The notes under the pieces were generated by a model that was not told the DNA's origin, ran no database searches, and saw nothing but the letters and a program-made list of their open reading frames with translations. Both the position numbers and the translations under genes were made by a program. Positions 30,292-41,180 of a stretch of 64,000 nt of DNA are shown piece after piece. The stretch's first letter is position 1, and each line of letters opens with the position of its first letter. Source of the DNA: Alphaproteobacteria bacterium (lineage in GTDB: Bacteria > Pseudomonadota > Alphaproteobacteria > MPNO01); NCBI GenBank assembly GCA_964291675.2, contig OZ219866.1, positions 1,888,001 through 1,952,000 on the forward strand. Direction: 5' to 3'.

Positions 30292-30396
30292 TCCTTCGAT
30301 ACGCGGCTTCGCCGCTACTCAGGATGAGGTTGGAGGGTGGCGGTCCAGACTTCCCCCTCATCCTGAGTAGCCGCCGAAGGCGGCGTATCGAAGGAC
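30292..30396. repeat. Inverted pair of REP-A elements between convergent genes
   Basis: CCTTCGATACGCGGCTTCGCCGCTACTCAGGATGAGG and its inverted counterpart CCTCATCCTGAGTAG...CGTATCGAAGGA. Confidence 0.85.
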
Positions 30397-30403
30397 GCCC
30401 CGG

Positions 30404-30946
30404 CTAGCTCGCGATCTGCGGGCCCATCTGCTTGACCGCGCCGGTCTCCAGGTTGAAGGCGATGCGCGGGATCACGTCCAGATTGGTTCCCGTCACCCGG
30501 ACGAAGCGCGCGTCGTCGGGATAGTCGATCGAGTGGATCTTGCCGTCCGCATAGATCCCGGCATGCCCCGGCGTCAGCCGGTAGGATTTTTCCGGCCGGA
30601 CCTCGCCGCGGCCGGGATCCGAGCCGTCGTCGAGCCGCTCCCACTCGGTCATGTCGGTGTATTTGGTCGCCTGGCCGTAGATCGCCCAGGAGGCGCCGTG
30701 GTCGTGCGGCGGCGAGACCCGCGCGCTCGCGTTGATGTGGGACAGCACCTGGAAGCCGAGATCGGGATCGTCGTAGAGCACGCGGACCCCGCGCTCGACG
30801 CCCGGCCCGCAATATTCCTCGACGAACTCGGGCACCCGGAGCAGCCGTTCGAGGTCGCGGCGGACCTTCTCGCGACCGCCGGGGCCGGGGTCTTCGCCGA
30901 GATGCCTGCGGCAGTCCTGACAGAACTCTTCCAGCGTATAGGCCAT
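30404..30946 (-). CDS. Cupin / cysteine dioxygenase-like protein
   Basis: PPHDHGASWAIYG and IHSI metal-binding motifs. Confidence 0.7.
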   Translation of the reverse strand: MAYTLEEFCQDCRRHLGEDPGPGGREKVRRDLERLLRVPEFVEEYCGPGVERGVRVLYDDPDLGFQVLSHINASARVSPPHDHGASWAIYGQATKYTDMTEWERLDDGSDPGRGEVRPEKSYRLTPGHAGIYADGKIHSIDYPDDARFVRVTGTNLDVIPRIAFNLETGAVKQMGPQIAS

Positions 30947-31025
30947 GGGTCGTGCTCCCTCGATCCTCGCGGTCTCGTGCGATCTATCCTGCCACAGGGT
31001 TGGGGAACGGTGCTAGTCTCGGCGC

Positions 31026-32309
31026 ATGGCCCGGCCCGTCTCATCCGACCCGCCGCCCGCCGGCAAGCGCGCGCAATTCGCCTGGTGTCTCTACGACTGG
31101 GCCAATTCGGGCTTCCCGACGGTCATCGTCACCTTCGTCTTCGCCGCCTATTTCTCGCGCGCGGTAGCCGAGAACACCATCCAGGGCACCGCCGCGTGGG
31201 GCCACGCGCTGGCGATCTCGGGGGTGGCGATCGCGATCGTCAGCCCGATCCTGGGCTCGATCGCCGACCGCACGGGACGGCGCAAGCCCTGGCTCGGCGT
31301 CTTCGCCGCGATCACCATCGTTGCCTCGGCGCTGCTCTGGTACACCCGTCCCGAGCCGTCCTACGTGCTGTGGGCGCTGGTCTTCTTCGCCATCGCCAAT
31401 ACCGCCTTCGAGATCGGCAACGTGTTCTACAACGCGATGCTGCCGGGGCTGGCGGCGAAGGAGCGGATCGGCCGGCTGTCGGGCTGGAGCTGGGGGCTCG
31501 GCTATATGGGCGGGCTCTCTTGTCTCGGCCTGCTGCTGGTGCTGTTCGTCCAGGCCGAGACCCCGCTGTTCGGGCTCGACAAGGAGGCGGCCGAGCACAT
31601 CCGCATCGTCGGGCCGATGGTGGCGCTCTGGTTCGCCGTGTTCGCCATCCCGATCTTCCTCTGGACCCCCGACGAGGCGGGCAGGCGGACGACGGCGAGC
31701 GCGGCGATCCGCGAGGGGCTCGCCCAGCTCGCCGGCACGCTGCGCGAGATCAGGCGCCACGCCAATATCGCGCGCTTCCTGCTCGCCCGGCTGTTCTATG
31801 TCGACGGGATGAACACCATGTTCGCCTTCGGCGGCATCTACGCCGCCGGCACGTTCGGCATGTCGTTCGCCGAGATCATCCAGTTCGGCATCGCGCTCAA
31901 CGTCACCGCCGGGCTGGGCGCCGCCGGCTTCGCCTGGCTCGACGACCGCATCGGCTCCAAGCGCACCGTGCAGATCGGCATCTTGGGGCTGATCGCCTTC
32001 GGCGTGCCGCTGCTGGTGGTCGAGGGCAAGACCGCGTTCTGGCTGCTGGCGCTGCCGCTCGGCATCTTCATGGGGCCGGTGCAGGCGGCGAGCCGGTCGC
32101 TGATGGCCCATCTCGCCCCGACCGAGCTGAGGACCGAGATGTTCGGGCTCTACGCGCTGTCCGGCAAGGTGACATCCTTCGCCGGACCCGCGGTGCTCGC
32201 CTGGGCCACGGTCGCCTTCGAGTCGCAGCGCGCCGGGATGGCCACCATCATCGCCTTCTTCGTCGTCGGCTTCGTGCTGATCGCCCTGGTCGCGCCGCCG
32301 AGGCGGTAG
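31026..32309 (+). CDS. MFS transporter, UMF1/Atg22 family
   Basis: WCLYDWANS, FYNAMLP, QAASRSLM and FGLYALSGK. Confidence 0.88.
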   Translation: MARPVSSDPPPAGKRAQFAWCLYDWANSGFPTVIVTFVFAAYFSRAVAENTIQGTAAWGHALAISGVAIAIVSPILGSIADRTGRRKPWLGVFAAITIVASALLWYTRPEPSYVLWALVFFAIANTAFEIGNVFYNAMLPGLAAKERIGRLSGWSWGLGYMGGLSCLGLLLVLFVQAETPLFGLDKEAAEHIRIVGPMVALWFAVFAIPIFLWTPDEAGRRTTASAAIREGLAQLAGTLREIRRHANIARFLLARLFYVDGMNTMFAFGGIYAAGTFGMSFAEIIQFGIALNVTAGLGAAGFAWLDDRIGSKRTVQIGILGLIAFGVPLLVVEGKTAFWLLALPLGIFMGPVQAASRSLMAHLAPTELRTEMFGLYALSGKVTSFAGPAVLAWATVAFESQRAGMATIIAFFVVGFVLIALVAPPRR

Positions 32310-32359
32310 CCCCGTCGTTTCGACCGGGCGCAGCGAGCGGAGATATCGCGCGCCCACCG

Positions 32360-32836
32360 CCCCACCCCGTCATGGCCGGACTCGTTCCGGCCATCCACGC
32401 CGCCCGCAAGGGGCGCGGCCCCCGCTCCTCCCCCACCCCGTCATGCCCCGGCCCCCGGATCAAGTCCGGGGGTGATCCGGGCACCCATGGCCGGACTTGA
32501 TCCGGCCACCCACCGGCGCCACCCCTCCCCACGGGCCGTTGTGCGCGCCGAGAGGCTGCATGGGTGCCCGGATCAAGTCCGGGCATGACGAGGGGGGGTG
32601 AACGGGCGGGGGGTGCATGACGGGGTGGGGCAGCATGGCGAGCGTTCCGACGTTCGGGCGCGACGCCGGGGATCGTCGGCGGGCGCGACGCAGGTTCCAC
32701 CGCGCCGCCCCCCGTGACGCCCGGCCCCCGCTCCTTCTCCCCGCTATTCCACCGACTCCCCCCCCCCGTCATGCCCCGGCCCCCGGATCGAGTCCGGGCA
32801 CGACATAAGGGGGCGAGGGACGGGCGTATCGAAGGA
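32360..32836. repeat. REP-B cluster (MITE-1-type interior, ends degenerate)
   Basis: Multiple GTCATGCCCGG/CCGGATCAAGTCCGG units, same modules as 18542..18999. Confidence 0.85.
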
Positions 32837-32846
32837 TGCGCCGGGG

Positions 32847-34427
32847 TCAGTGGCGGAAATGCCGCCGTCCAGTGAACACCATCGCGATGCCGCGCTCGTC
32901 GGCGGCGGCGATCACCTCGTCGTCGCGGATCGACCCGCCGGGCTGGATCACCGCCGTGGCGCCCGCCTCGGCGGCGGCGATCAGCCCGTCGGCGAAGGGG
33001 AAGAACGCGTCCGAGGCGGCGACCGAACCCCGCGTCGCGGGCTCGCCGGCGCCCGCCTTCCGCGCCGCGTCCTCCGCCTTGGCGGCGGCGATGCGGGTGG
33101 AATCGACCCGGCTCATCTGGCCCGCGCCGATGCCCGCCGTGGCCTCGCCGCGGGCGAACACGATGGCGTTCGACTTGACGTGCTTGGCGACGGTGAAAGC
33201 GAACAGGAGGTCGCGAAGCTCCGCCTCCGTCGGCGCCCGCCTGGTCGCCACGCGGAAATCGTCCCCGCCGCTGCGCGCCGCGTCGCGGTCCTGCACCAGC
33301 AGCCCGCCGGCGACCGTGCGCACGGCAAGCCCGGGCGCGCCGGGATCGGGCATCGCGCCCGTAGCCAGCACGCGGATATTGGGCTTTTCGGCGAATATCG
33401 CGCGCGCCGCCTCGTCGATCGCCGGCGCGATCACCACCTCGACGAAGATCGCGGCGATCGCCCTTGCCGCCGCCTCGTCGATCGTCCGGTTGGCGGCGAC
33501 CACCCCGCCGAAGGCGCTGACGGGATCGCAGGCGAGCGCCTTCGCCCAGGCCTCGGCGAGGCTTGCGCCGAGCGCCGCGCCGCAGGGGTTGGCGTGCTTG
33601 ACGATGGCGATGGCCGGGCGGTCGAGCTCGGCGGCGAGCTCGAAGGCGGCATCGGCGTCGCCGAGATTGTTGTAGCTGAGCGCCTTGCCCTGCAGCAGGC
33701 GGGCGCAAGCCGCGCCCGGGCGGGCGGGAAAGCCGCGATAGAGCGCGGCCTCCTGGTGCGGGTTCTCGCCATAGCGCAGGATCCCGGCGCGCGTGCCGCC
33801 GAAGGCGATGTGGCGGGGGAACGGGATGTCGACCTCGCGCGCGAACCACTGCGAGATCGCCGCGTCGTAGGCCGCGGTCCGCGCATAGGCCGCGGCGGCG
33901 AGGCATCGGCGGAAGTCGAGCCCGGTCCCGCCGTCGTTCTCCGCGAGCTCGCGCAGGATTTCCGGGTAATCCGCCGGGTCGGTGGCGACGGCGACGAACT
34001 CGTGGTTCTTCGCCGCGGCGCGGATCAGCGCCGGCCCGCCGATGTCGATCTGCTCCACCGCCTCGTCGCGATCCGCCCCGCCGGCGACGGTCTCCTCGAA
34101 CGGGTACAGGTTGACGACGACGAGGTCGATGGCGGCGATGTCGTTGGCCTCCATCGCCTCGCGGTGGGCGGCGATGTCGCGCCTCGCCAGGATGCCGCCA
34201 TGGATCGCCGGGTGCAGGGTCTTCACCCGCCCGTCCATCATCTCGGGATAGGAGGTGAGGGACGCCACGTCGGCCGCCTCCAGCCCGGCCTCGGCGAGCG
34301 CCCGCCCGGTGCCGCCGCTCGCCACCAGGGCCACGCCGCGTTCCGCCAGCGCGGCGGCGAACGCCACCAGCCCGGTCTTGTCGGAGACCGAGAACAGCGC
34401 GCGCGAGACCGGAACCCGGTCGTTCAT
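32847..34427 (-). CDS. purH: Bifunctional AICAR transformylase/IMP cyclohydrolase
   Basis: [33 protein letters not shown] and SDAFFPF. Confidence 0.96.
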   Translation of the reverse strand: MNDRVPVSRALFSVSDKTGLVAFAAALAERGVALVASGGTGRALAEAGLEAADVASLTSYPEMMDGRVKTLHPAIHGGILARRDIAAHREAMEANDIAAIDLVVVNLYPFEETVAGGADRDEAVEQIDIGGPALIRAAAKNHEFVAVATDPADYPEILRELAENDGGTGLDFRRCLAAAAYARTAAYDAAISQWFAREVDIPFPRHIAFGGTRAGILRYGENPHQEAALYRGFPARPGAACARLLQGKALSYNNLGDADAAFELAAELDRPAIAIVKHANPCGAALGASLAEAWAKALACDPVSAFGGVVAANRTIDEAAARAIAAIFVEVVIAPAIDEAARAIFAEKPNIRVLATGAMPDPGAPGLAVRTVAGGLLVQDRDAARSGGDDFRVATRRAPTEAELRDLLFAFTVAKHVKSNAIVFARGEATAGIGAGQMSRVDSTRIAAAKAEDAARKAGAGEPATRGSVAASDAFFPFADGLIAAAEAGATAVIQPGGSIRDDEVIAAADERGIAMVFTGRRHFRH

Positions 34428-34933
34428 GCCCCCTCCCCACCCGAATCGCAGCCGTCGAGCAGCCACTCGGCGAATTCGCGCACCGCGCCCGACCCGCCGG
34501 CGCGCTCCGTGGTGTAGCCGGCGACGGCGTGCACCGCCGGCACCGCGTTGGGCACCGTCGCCGGCAGCCCGACGGCTTCGAGCACCGGCAGGTCGTTGAG
34601 GTCGTCCCCCATATGGGCCACCGCGTCGAAGCCGATCCCGAGACGGGCGCAGAGATCGGCGAGCGCCTGCCTCTTGTCGCCGACGCCCACCAGGCAGTGC
34701 TTCACGCCCAGCACCTCGGCCCGGCGTTCGATGGCCGCGGTCCGGCTCGCGGTAACGAACGCAACCTCCAGCCCGGCCTCGATCAGCATGCGGATGCCCA
34801 CCCCGTCATGCACGTGGAAGGCGCGCCACTGCCGCCCGTCCTCGCCATAGAACAGCGTCCCGTCGGTCATCACCCCGTCGCAGTCGAGGCTGACCAGGCG
34901 GATGCGCGCGCGCATCGCCGCCGCGCCGGTCAT
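34424..34933 (-). CDS. kdsC: KDO 8-phosphate phosphatase (HAD)
   Basis: [23 protein letters not shown] and GGSGAVRE. Confidence 0.85.
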   Translation of the reverse strand: MTGAAAMRARIRLVSLDCDGVMTDGTLFYGEDGRQWRAFHVHDGVGIRMLIEAGLEVAFVTASRTAAIERRAEVLGVKHCLVGVGDKRQALADLCARLGIGFDAVAHMGDDLNDLPVLEAVGLPATVPNAVPAVHAVAGYTTERAGGSGAVREFAEWLLDGCDSGGEGA

Positions 34934-35679
34934 GCCGCGCCCGCCCGGGCGAGCGCCGCCTCGACCAGGGCCACGTCCTCCGGCCGGTCGACCCCGATGG
35001 AGCCCGGCGGCACCGGCGCGCAGGCGATGCGCTCGCCGTGCTCGATGACGCGCAGCAGCTCGACGCTCTCGGCGCGCTCGACCGGCCCGCGCTCCCACGC
35101 CCGGAAGCGCGCCAGCGCGGCGGCGGTGAAGGCGAACATGCCGACATGGATCTTGCGCGCCGCGTCCTCGGCGAAATCGAGCGGCACGGGGAGCCGGCTG
35201 AATGTCATCACGCAGCCGTCGAGCCCGGGCTCCAGGTGGACCACCGACTCGTCGGCGCATTGCTCCGGCGTCGCGCCGTCGAGATAGCCGGTCGAGACCT
35301 CGATCCCGCGCCCGCGCGCAGCGCGGAGCGCGGCGACCACGATGTCGATGGCGGCCGGGTCGATCAGCGGCTCGTCGCCCTGCACGTTGACGTAGATCTC
35401 CGCCGTCCTGCGGCTCGCGACCTCGGCGAGCCGGTCGGTCCCGGTGGCGTGCGCCGGCGATGTCATCTCGCAGTCGATGCCGTGCTCGCGGCACAGCGCG
35501 GCGATGCGCTCGTCGTCGGTCGCCACCACGGCGCGGTCGACGCTCCCGGCCGCGCTCGCGCGCCGCCACACCCGGACCACCATCGGCACGCCGGCGATCA
35601 TGGCCAGCGGCTTGCCGGGGAAGCGGGTCGAGGCGTAGCGCGCCGGGATGACGGCGAGGACGGAGAGGCTGCCGGCCAT
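34930..35679 (-). CDS. kdsB: CMP-KDO synthetase
   Basis: IPARYASTRFPGKPL, GTDRLAE and NVQGDEP. Confidence 0.9.
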   Translation of the reverse strand: MAGSLSVLAVIPARYASTRFPGKPLAMIAGVPMVVRVWRRASAAGSVDRAVVATDDERIAALCREHGIDCEMTSPAHATGTDRLAEVASRRTAEIYVNVQGDEPLIDPAAIDIVVAALRAARGRGIEVSTGYLDGATPEQCADESVVHLEPGLDGCVMTFSRLPVPLDFAEDAARKIHVGMFAFTAAALARFRAWERGPVERAESVELLRVIEHGERIACAPVPPGSIGVDRPEDVALVEAALARAGAA

Positions 35680-35752
35680 GGGGTCCTTGCGGGATCGGTC
35701 GCGGGCGAGAATAGTCGCGCCGAACCGGAAGCGCGAGGGTGGCGAACGGCCC

Positions 35753-36415
35753 ATGACCGAGACCGTTGTCTTCGACCTCGACGGCACGCTCGTCGACACC
35801 CTGCCCGACATTGCGGCGGCGGCCAACCGGGTGCTGGCGGCGGAAGGCCGCCGCGCGCTGAGCCGCGAGGAGGTGTGCCGGCTGATCGGCAGCGGCGGCC
35901 GCGTGTTGATGGCGAACGCCTTCCGGGCGACCGGCGAGCCGGTTTCGGAGGCGCGCATCGATGCCGCTTTCGCCGCCTATATCGCGGCCCACGAGGCCGA
36001 CCCGGTCGTGGGCAGCGCGCCCTTCCCCGGGGTGCACGCGGCGCTGGAGGCGCTCGTCGAACGCGGCACCCGGCTCGCGGTCTGCACCAACAAGCCGGGC
36101 CGCCTCGCCGGGATCGTGCTGGACACCTTCGAGCTGACAAAGTTCTTCGCCGGGGTGGTCGCGGGCGACACGCTGCCGACCCGCAAGCCGAGCCCGGAGC
36201 CGCTCGTCGAGGCGGTCGCGCGCGCCGGCGGGGCGGGGCGCAAGGCGGCGATGGTGGGCGACAGCCCGATCGACGCCGAGGCGGCGCGCGCCGCCGCCAT
36301 CCCCTTCGTCGCGGTGAGCTTCGGCTACAGCCCGGTGCCGGCCACGCAGCTCGGCGCCGACGCGGTGATCGACGGCTTCGACGCGCTGGCCGGGGCGATC
36401 GACGGGCTGCGGTAA
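35753..36415 (+). CDS. gph: Phosphoglycolate phosphatase (HAD)
   Basis: FDLDGTLVDT, CTNKP, RKPSP and MVGDS. Confidence 0.8.
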   Translation: MTETVVFDLDGTLVDTLPDIAAAANRVLAAEGRRALSREEVCRLIGSGGRVLMANAFRATGEPVSEARIDAAFAAYIAAHEADPVVGSAPFPGVHAALEALVERGTRLAVCTNKPGRLAGIVLDTFELTKFFAGVVAGDTLPTRKPSPEPLVEAVARAGGAGRKAAMVGDSPIDAEAARAAAIPFVAVSFGYSPVPATQLGADAVIDGFDALAGAIDGLR

Positions 36416-37036
36416 GGGGCGTCCTTCGATACGCGCCCTGCGGGCGCTACTCAGGATGAGGGTGGGCGATAGGCGGCTTTGCCGCCACTCGGGATGAGGC
36501 TGGGGCGAGGGGCGTCCTTCGATACGCGCCCTGCGGGCGCTACTCAGGATGAGGGTGGGCGATAGGCGGCTTTGCCGCCACTCGGGATGAGGCTGGGGCG
36601 AGGGGCGTCCTTCGATACGCGCCCTGCGGGCGCTACTCAGGATGAGGGTGGGCGATAGGCGGCTTTGCCGCTACTCGGGATGAGGGTGTGGTGAGGGGCG
36701 TCCTTCGATACGCGCCCTGCGGGCGCTACTCAGGATGAGGGTGGGCGATAGGCGGCTTTGCCGCCACTCGGGATGAGGCTGGGGCGAGGGGCGTCCTTCG
36801 ATACGCGCCCTGCGGACGCTACTCAGGATGAGGGTGGGCGATAGGCGGCTTTGCCGCCACTCGGGATGAGGCTGGGGCGAGGGGCGTCCTTCGATACGCG
36901 CCCTGCGGGCGCTACTCAGGATGAGGGTGGGCGATAGGCGGCTTTGCCGCCACTCGGGATGAGGCTGGGGCGAGGGGCGTCCCCGATAACTCTCCCTCAT
37001 CCTGAGTAGCCCGCCGCAGGCGGGCGTATCGAAGGA
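36415..37036. repeat. Tandem array of six 93-bp REP-A-based units plus one inverted REP-A
   Basis: Unit starts at 36415, 36508, 36601, 36694, 36787 and 36880 (partial at 36973); units near identical. Confidence 0.95.
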
Positions 37037-37100
37037 CGGCTTGGTCCGCGCCCGCCGCGACCCTATCTTCAGTGAGCCCGGTCCCGAGGGAGAGGACGAC

Positions 37101-38711
37101 ATGCCGGAGTTCGCCCACCACGCGCTGTTCCCGCTCGCCGACGACGCGACGCCCTGGCGCCCCCTGTCCGCGGACCATGTCGGCGTCGAGCGGTTCCGCG
37201 GCGCGGACATGCTGACCGTCGAGCCGCAGGCGCTCGGCCTGCTCGCGGAACAGGCTTTTTTCGACATCTCGCATTATCTGAGGCCGGGCCACCTCGCCCA
37301 GCTGCGCGCCATCCTCGACGACGCCGAGGCCTCGGACAACGACCGCTTCGTCGCCTACGACCTGCTCAAGAACGCCAATATCGCCGCCGGCGGGGTGCTG
37401 CCGATGTGCCAGGACACCGGCACCGCGATCGTCATGGGCAAGAAGGGCGAGCGCGTCTGGACCGGCGGCGGCGACGAGGCGGCGCTCGCCGGGGGCATCC
37501 ACAGGACCTATACCGAGCGCAACCTGCGCTATTCCAACCTCGCGCCGCTCTCGATGTACGAGGAGGTCAATACCGGCGACAACCTGCCGGCGCAGATCGA
37601 GATCTACGCGACCGAGGGCGACGAATACGGCTTCCTGTTCATCGCCAAGGGCGGCGGGTCGGCCAACAAGTCCTTCCTGTTCCAGGAGACGCCGGCCCGG
37701 CTCAACCCCGAGGCGATGCTGCGCTTCCTCGACGAGAAGATCCGCACCCTCGGCACCGCGGCCTGCCCGCCCTACCACCTCGCGATCTGCATCGGCGGCA
37801 TGTCGGCCGAGTTCAACCTGAAGACGGTCAAGCTCGCCAGCACGCGCTATCTCGACGGCCTGCCCACCGAGGGCTCGGAGCGCGCCCAGGCGTTCCGCGA
37901 TGTCGAGATGGAACGGCAGATCCTGGAGCTCACCCGCGGGATGGGAATCGGCGCCCAGTTCGGCGGCAAGTATTTCTGCCACGACGTGCGCGTCATCCGC
38001 CTGCCGCGCCACGGCGCCTCGCTGCCCATCGGGCTCGGGGTGTCGTGCTCGGCCGACCGCCAGGCGCTCGGCAAGATCACCCGCGAGGGCATCTTCCTGG
38101 AGCGGCTGGAGACCGACCCGGCGCGGTATCTGCCCGATGTCGAGGAGGCGAGCCTCGGCGGCGAGGCGGTGGCGGTCGACATCGACCGGCCGATGGCCGA
38201 GATCCGCGAAACGCTGGGCCGCTACCCGATCAAGACCCGGCTCTCGCTCACCGGCTCGATGGTGGTGGCGCGCGACGCGGCGCATGCGAAGATCAAGGCG
38301 CGGCTCGACGCGGGCGAGCCGATGCCGGCCTATATGCGCGACAACATGGTGTATTACGCCGGCCCCGCGAAGACGCCCGAGGGTTACGCGTCGGGCTCGT
38401 TCGGCCCGACCACGGCGGGGCGCATGGACTCCTACGTCGCCCGCTTCCAGGAGGCGGGCGGCAGCCACGTCATGCTCGCCAAGGGCAACCGCTCGCCCGA
38501 GGTAACCGCCGCCTGCAAGCAACATGGCGGCTTCTATCTCGGCTCGATCGGCGGCCCGGCGGCGCGGCTCGCGCAGGACTGCATCTCGAAGGTCGAGTGC
38601 ATCGAGTATCCCGAGCTCGGCATGGAGGCGGTGTGGCGCATCGAGGTGCGCGACTTCCCGGCCTTCATCGTGGTCGACGACAAGGGCAACGACTTCTTCC
38701 GTGCCCTCTGA
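37101..38711 (+). CDS. fumA: Class I (Fe-S) fumarate hydratase
   Basis: [30 protein letters not shown] and LGMEA. Confidence 0.93.
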   Translation: MPEFAHHALFPLADDATPWRPLSADHVGVERFRGADMLTVEPQALGLLAEQAFFDISHYLRPGHLAQLRAILDDAEASDNDRFVAYDLLKNANIAAGGVLPMCQDTGTAIVMGKKGERVWTGGGDEAALAGGIHRTYTERNLRYSNLAPLSMYEEVNTGDNLPAQIEIYATEGDEYGFLFIAKGGGSANKSFLFQETPARLNPEAMLRFLDEKIRTLGTAACPPYHLAICIGGMSAEFNLKTVKLASTRYLDGLPTEGSERAQAFRDVEMERQILELTRGMGIGAQFGGKYFCHDVRVIRLPRHGASLPIGLGVSCSADRQALGKITREGIFLERLETDPARYLPDVEEASLGGEAVAVDIDRPMAEIRETLGRYPIKTRLSLTGSMVVARDAAHAKIKARLDAGEPMPAYMRDNMVYYAGPAKTPEGYASGSFGPTTAGRMDSYVARFQEAGGSHVMLAKGNRSPEVTAACKQHGGFYLGSIGGPAARLAQDCISKVECIEYPELGMEAVWRIEVRDFPAFIVVDDKGNDFFRAL

Positions 38712-39225
38712 GCTGCCGGTGCTGGCCGATGTCATCGAGCCCGGGGTGACGACGCTCCTGTGCGGCAGCGCGGCGGGCGCGGTCTCGGCGCGGCTGGGCC
38801 TGCCCTATGCCGGCCCCGGCAACAAGTTCTGGCCGATGCTCGCCGAAGCCGGGCTGACGCCGAGGCTTCTGGCGCCGGCCGAGTACCGCGAGTTGCCGCG
38901 CCACGGCCTCGGCCTGACCGACATCAACAAGACCGAGTCCGGCGCGGATTCCGACCTCACCGGGGCGGGCGACGACGCCGATGCGCTGCGCGCCAAGGTC
39001 GAGGCGTACCGCCCGGCGATCCTCGCCTTCACCGCCAAGCGCCCGGCGCTGGTGTTCCTCGGCGCCCTGTTCGGCGCCAGGCGGGTCGGTTACGGGGCGC
39101 AGGAGCAACGCCTGCGAGAGACCGAGATCCACGTCCTCCCCTCCCCCTCCGGCCTCGCCATCCGCTGGTGGGACCCGTCCCACTGGCACGCGCTGGGGGC
39201 GCGGCACCGCGCGCTGGTGGGATAA
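38701..39225 (+). CDS. mug: Mismatch-specific uracil-DNA glycosylase (MUG/TDG family)
   Basis: [15 protein letters not shown] and LPSPSG; motif A reads GSAAG rather than GINPG. Confidence 0.8.
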   Translation: MPSELPVLADVIEPGVTTLLCGSAAGAVSARLGLPYAGPGNKFWPMLAEAGLTPRLLAPAEYRELPRHGLGLTDINKTESGADSDLTGAGDDADALRAKVEAYRPAILAFTAKRPALVFLGALFGARRVGYGAQEQRLRETEIHVLPSPSGLAIRWWDPSHWHALGARHRALVG

Positions 39226-39248
39226 GCCCGGGAGCGCGCCCTTCGACA

Positions 39249-39965
39249 GGGGCTTACATGGATGGGTTGACGGGCGGTTGGCTGGCGCAGACTGCCGACG
39301 GGAACGCCGCCCCGCCTGCCCCCTCCCGTCATGCCGGGACTTGATCCACTGCTGTCCGGTTTAGATTTTCGACGCGGGCTCCGCGCCCGTGAGCATCTGC
39401 ATCTCCGCTCCCGCTGTTACCCCTACGTCATGGCCGGACTTGATCCGGCCATCCACGCGGCCTCTCCGCCCGCACGACGGTCCGACGAGAGGGGCGGCGG
39501 CGCCCATGGATGCCCGGATCAAGTCCACTGCTGTCCGGTTTAGCCTTCGACGCGCGTCGCGCCCGGCGTTTCCCGCCCCATCACCATGCCTCCCCCCATC
39601 GTCATGCCCGGCGCCCGGATCAAGTCCGGCCATGACGGGGTGGGGGTGGCGGTGGAGAAGCACGGGAGCCGGGTGCGGCCCGCCCCGCCCGTAGGTGCCC
39701 GGAACGAGGCCGGGGTGACAACGGAGGGGCAGGGACGGCAAGTGCGGGCGTGCGGCGATCCATGTCCCGATCCGGCGGATGCGTCGATATCCCGCCCGGA
39801 ACAAGGCTTTGCGCCCGGTCCAGCTCATATGAACCGGACAGCAGTGGACTTGATCCGGGCACCCACTGGCACCGCCGCCCCTCCCGGCCGAGCGCCGTGC
39901 GGGCGGAGGGGCTGCATGGGTGGCCGGATCACCCCCGGGCTTGATCCCGGGGCCCGCCATGACGG
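39249..39965. repeat. Repeat cluster: MITE-1 end, REP-B copies and MITE-2 (39347..39846)
   Basis: GGGGCTTACATGGATGGGTTGACG; TIRs at 39347, 39526 and 39832; GGACTTGATCC on both sides of MITE-2. Confidence 0.85.
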
Positions 39966-40044
39966 GGGGAGGGGCGCCCGTCAGGCGGATAGAAACGTCC
40001 CAATCGGGGCACTACTCTCCCCCCCCCAACCGCCGGAGGGACCC

Positions 40045-40854
40045 ATGCTCACGCTCTACCACCAGGGAAGCTCGGTCTGCGCGGCCAAGGTGCGGGTCGC
40101 GCTGCACGAGAAGGGGCTCGACTGGCGGGGGGTCGTGGTCGACGTGCTCAGGGGCGAGCAGTTCCAGGACTGGTACCTCGCGCTCAACCCCAACGCGGTG
40201 GTGCCGACGCTGGTCGACGGCGGGCGGGTGGTGATCGAATCGACGGTGATCTGCGAATATCTCGACGAGACCCGGCCCGACCCGCCGCTCAGACCCGCCG
40301 ACGCCTACGATACGGCCCGGATGCGGGTCTGGACCAAGCGGATCGACGAGCGGCTGCACCCGATGACCAGCGCGCTCACCTATTCCGCCTCGCACCGCCA
40401 CGCGATCCTCGACAACAACACGCCCGAACAGGTCGAGGCGATCATCGCCGAGACCCGCGACCCGGTGAAGCGCGCGCGCAAGTGGGAATGGATCGAGCAG
40501 GGCATCAAGGCGCCGAGCGCGCGCGCCGCCGTCGCCGAGTTCGACGCCACCCTGGCCGACATGGAGGCCGCGCTGGCCGAATCGCCCTGGCTCGCGGGCG
40601 ACAAATACTCGCTCGCCGATATCGGCATGACGCCCTATGTCAACCGGCTGTCGATGCTCGGCATGGCGGGGTTCTGGGACGCGCGGCCCCGCGTCGCCGC
40701 CTGGTTCGCCCGCATCCGCGCCCGCGCGAGCTTCGCCCCGGCGCTGATCGACGCCGTGCCCGACGAGCTCGCGCGTTCGCTCGCCACAAACGGAGCGCGG
40801 AGCTGGCCCCTTGTGGCCGGGATGCTGGAGGCGGGGCGCAAGGGGGGCGGGTGA
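40045..40854 (+). CDS. Glutathione S-transferase family protein
   Basis: SVCAAKVR, LNPNAVVPTL, ESTVICEYLD and YSLADI. Confidence 0.9.
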   Translation: MLTLYHQGSSVCAAKVRVALHEKGLDWRGVVVDVLRGEQFQDWYLALNPNAVVPTLVDGGRVVIESTVICEYLDETRPDPPLRPADAYDTARMRVWTKRIDERLHPMTSALTYSASHRHAILDNNTPEQVEAIIAETRDPVKRARKWEWIEQGIKAPSARAAVAEFDATLADMEAALAESPWLAGDKYSLADIGMTPYVNRLSMLGMAGFWDARPRVAAWFARIRARASFAPALIDAVPDELARSLATNGARSWPLVAGMLEAGRKGGG

Positions 40855-41180
40855 GCGGGGGGGTGGCATAGCAGACGCAAGGGGGCGGTCCCGGCGGGGC
40901 CGCCCCGTTTGCCTGGCACGGCGAGAACGGTCGTCCCGTTCTGCGTGGATCGCCCGGGCCGCCCCACCGTCTATGGTTGTTTTCAACACAAGTAATGCTA
41001 GTCTAAATGGCGAAGGGGGCCCTCATGCAGGTTCTTCGCCCCACGCTCGCGGCGCCCATCGCCGCCGCAACACCCACCGCCACCGGCGCGCATGACAGCG
41101 AGACGCCTGCCCGGGACAGCCCGCCCGACCCCGGCGGCGGCCGGACCGCGCGCCGGGGGTTTCGATAGGGAAGAACGGCC

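Noticed and set aside
36415-36982. CRISPR array
   Set aside because: Whole 93-bp units are near identical, there are no unique spacers or cas genes, and the unit matches dispersed REP-A
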